From Podarcis pityusensis (lineage: Eukaryota), in NCBI GenBank assembly GCA_964106645.2, contig OZ067043.1: DNA of 64,000 nucleotides. One strand, given 5' to 3'. A program made the position numbers and the translations under genes. The notes below the pieces were generated by a model. That model was not told the origin of the DNA, did no database searches, and worked only from the letters and a program-made list of their open reading frames with translations. Positions 62,803-64,000 of this stretch are shown piece after piece. Numbering within the stretch: position 1 is the stretch's first letter; every line of letters starts with the position of its first letter.

Positions 62803-64000
62803 GTTGTGATTTGTGCAGGCTTGAGCGGAAGGCTTGCTCCAATTTTTTTTTTTTTTTTTTTTGAAGTAACAGTGGAGAAATGAACTCTTACGGAAGTGGT
62901 GCGTTTGTCCATTGGAGGGCAACACTGAGACACACAAAAAATGCACTGTGCAACTGGATACTAATGCAACAGTTTGAGCATACTTAAAGCTTCATAGTAC
63001 TGGAGCAATCTTATTGCTTCATTTTGGAGCACTTTCATGATGACTGATTTCTGTTTGTAACTGATCTGTTTATACTTTGTCCGTCTGTTCCGGTTATGAA
63101 AACCTTCATTTTCTTACTGTTCAACATAATATCATGCTTTAGTTGTTGTTCCAAACTTTTGTTCGAGGTTACATTCCTTCCTATGGTGGGCACTTTTGGA
63201 GTCCTCGCCTATGGCAGCTATAGGCACCAGCTATATATTTCATACCCACAAACAGAAATCGGTTCTTTTTAAAGCTGAATATTTTATTTATCAAAATGTA
63301 GCTTTTTTGTTTTTTTGGAGGAAAAAAAAATCCCTAATACTGGAATAAGTTGTAAATGATTTAATTTTATATTCAATGAATTAAGAGAATTTATTTATGA
63401 AATTAATCATTTAATAAAGAAATATTTACCTAATTTCATTTTTAATATGGTGTGTTGATTTAGGGAAGCAGGAGATGCTTATGGAATTTTAGATGGCTAT
63501 GGGAAGCAATTTCTAAGAAAAGTTAGTCTCACTAAACTTATTAGCACTAGAGGGCTTCCTTTCAACTAAACATGTTCAGCATTGGCTTTTGAGGCTGCAA
63601 TCTTATACACACTTATCTGGGAGTAAGTTCCATTGAACTCAGTGCGGTTTATAAATAGACATGTATAGCATTGCATTGTTAGACTTACTTTAGTTCTGCC
63701 ATCATTTTACCAAAGAAGTTAGTAGCTCTTGCTCGATTAAATTATACATATCTTTGTACTTGTAATCTTTAAACACAGCATTGTGCTTGTTCCAGGTCAG
63801 TTCTTAAGGATTCTAAATCAGATCATATACTGATTGTTAAGTACACCGTGAAGCCAAAGTATTTTTTCATTATTGATGGCATTTCTCTAAAATGCAACTC
63901 ACTCTGCAGCTAAATAGGTTGTTGCTAGTGCTTTTAAGGATTTCTACTGCTGCTGCTTCTTGCAGATGAATACATTTCTTTGTTTGTGGGGGAAAGGTTT

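Larger units (their letters stand above)
58271..64000 (+). repeat. Direct duplicate of 51473-57206, running off the window end
   Basis: Offset is 6798 before and 6794 after the G/(GA)n tract. No other difference seen by eye. Confidence 0.95.

Overview
This is vertebrate genomic DNA, almost certainly a squamate and probably a lacertid lizard, judged from the Sauria/Squam1 and Squam3-type SINEs. The only protein-coding gene I can support is CCN1 (CYR61): 5 exons on the + strand, 376 aa, CDS 53834-56008. It appears a second time at 60628-62802 after a 200-N gap. The second block (58271 to the window end) matches 51473-57206 by eye, apart from homopolymer/(GA)n length. It is most likely a false duplication from overlapping contig ends, although a very young tandem CNV is not excluded. 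The upstream ~50 kb has no recognisable coding exon. By mammalian synteny it is probably the DDAH1-CCN1 interval, with a candidate divergent non-coding first exon near 51.1 kb. It contains Sauria SINEs, tRNA-Lys-derived and Squam3-like SINEs, L2/CR1/L1 fragments, three solo LTRs, and many Tc1/mariner and hAT MITEs. The most notable details are a triple CArG (SRF) cluster upstream of CCN1, a TSD-bounded 1.15-kb non-coding L1-like retroposon, and a MITE carrying a palindromic 45-bp higher-order minisatellite. There are also stacked mariner-type excision footprints. I found no convincing wholly new gene system. All calls are by eye, and repeat family names need database confirmation.
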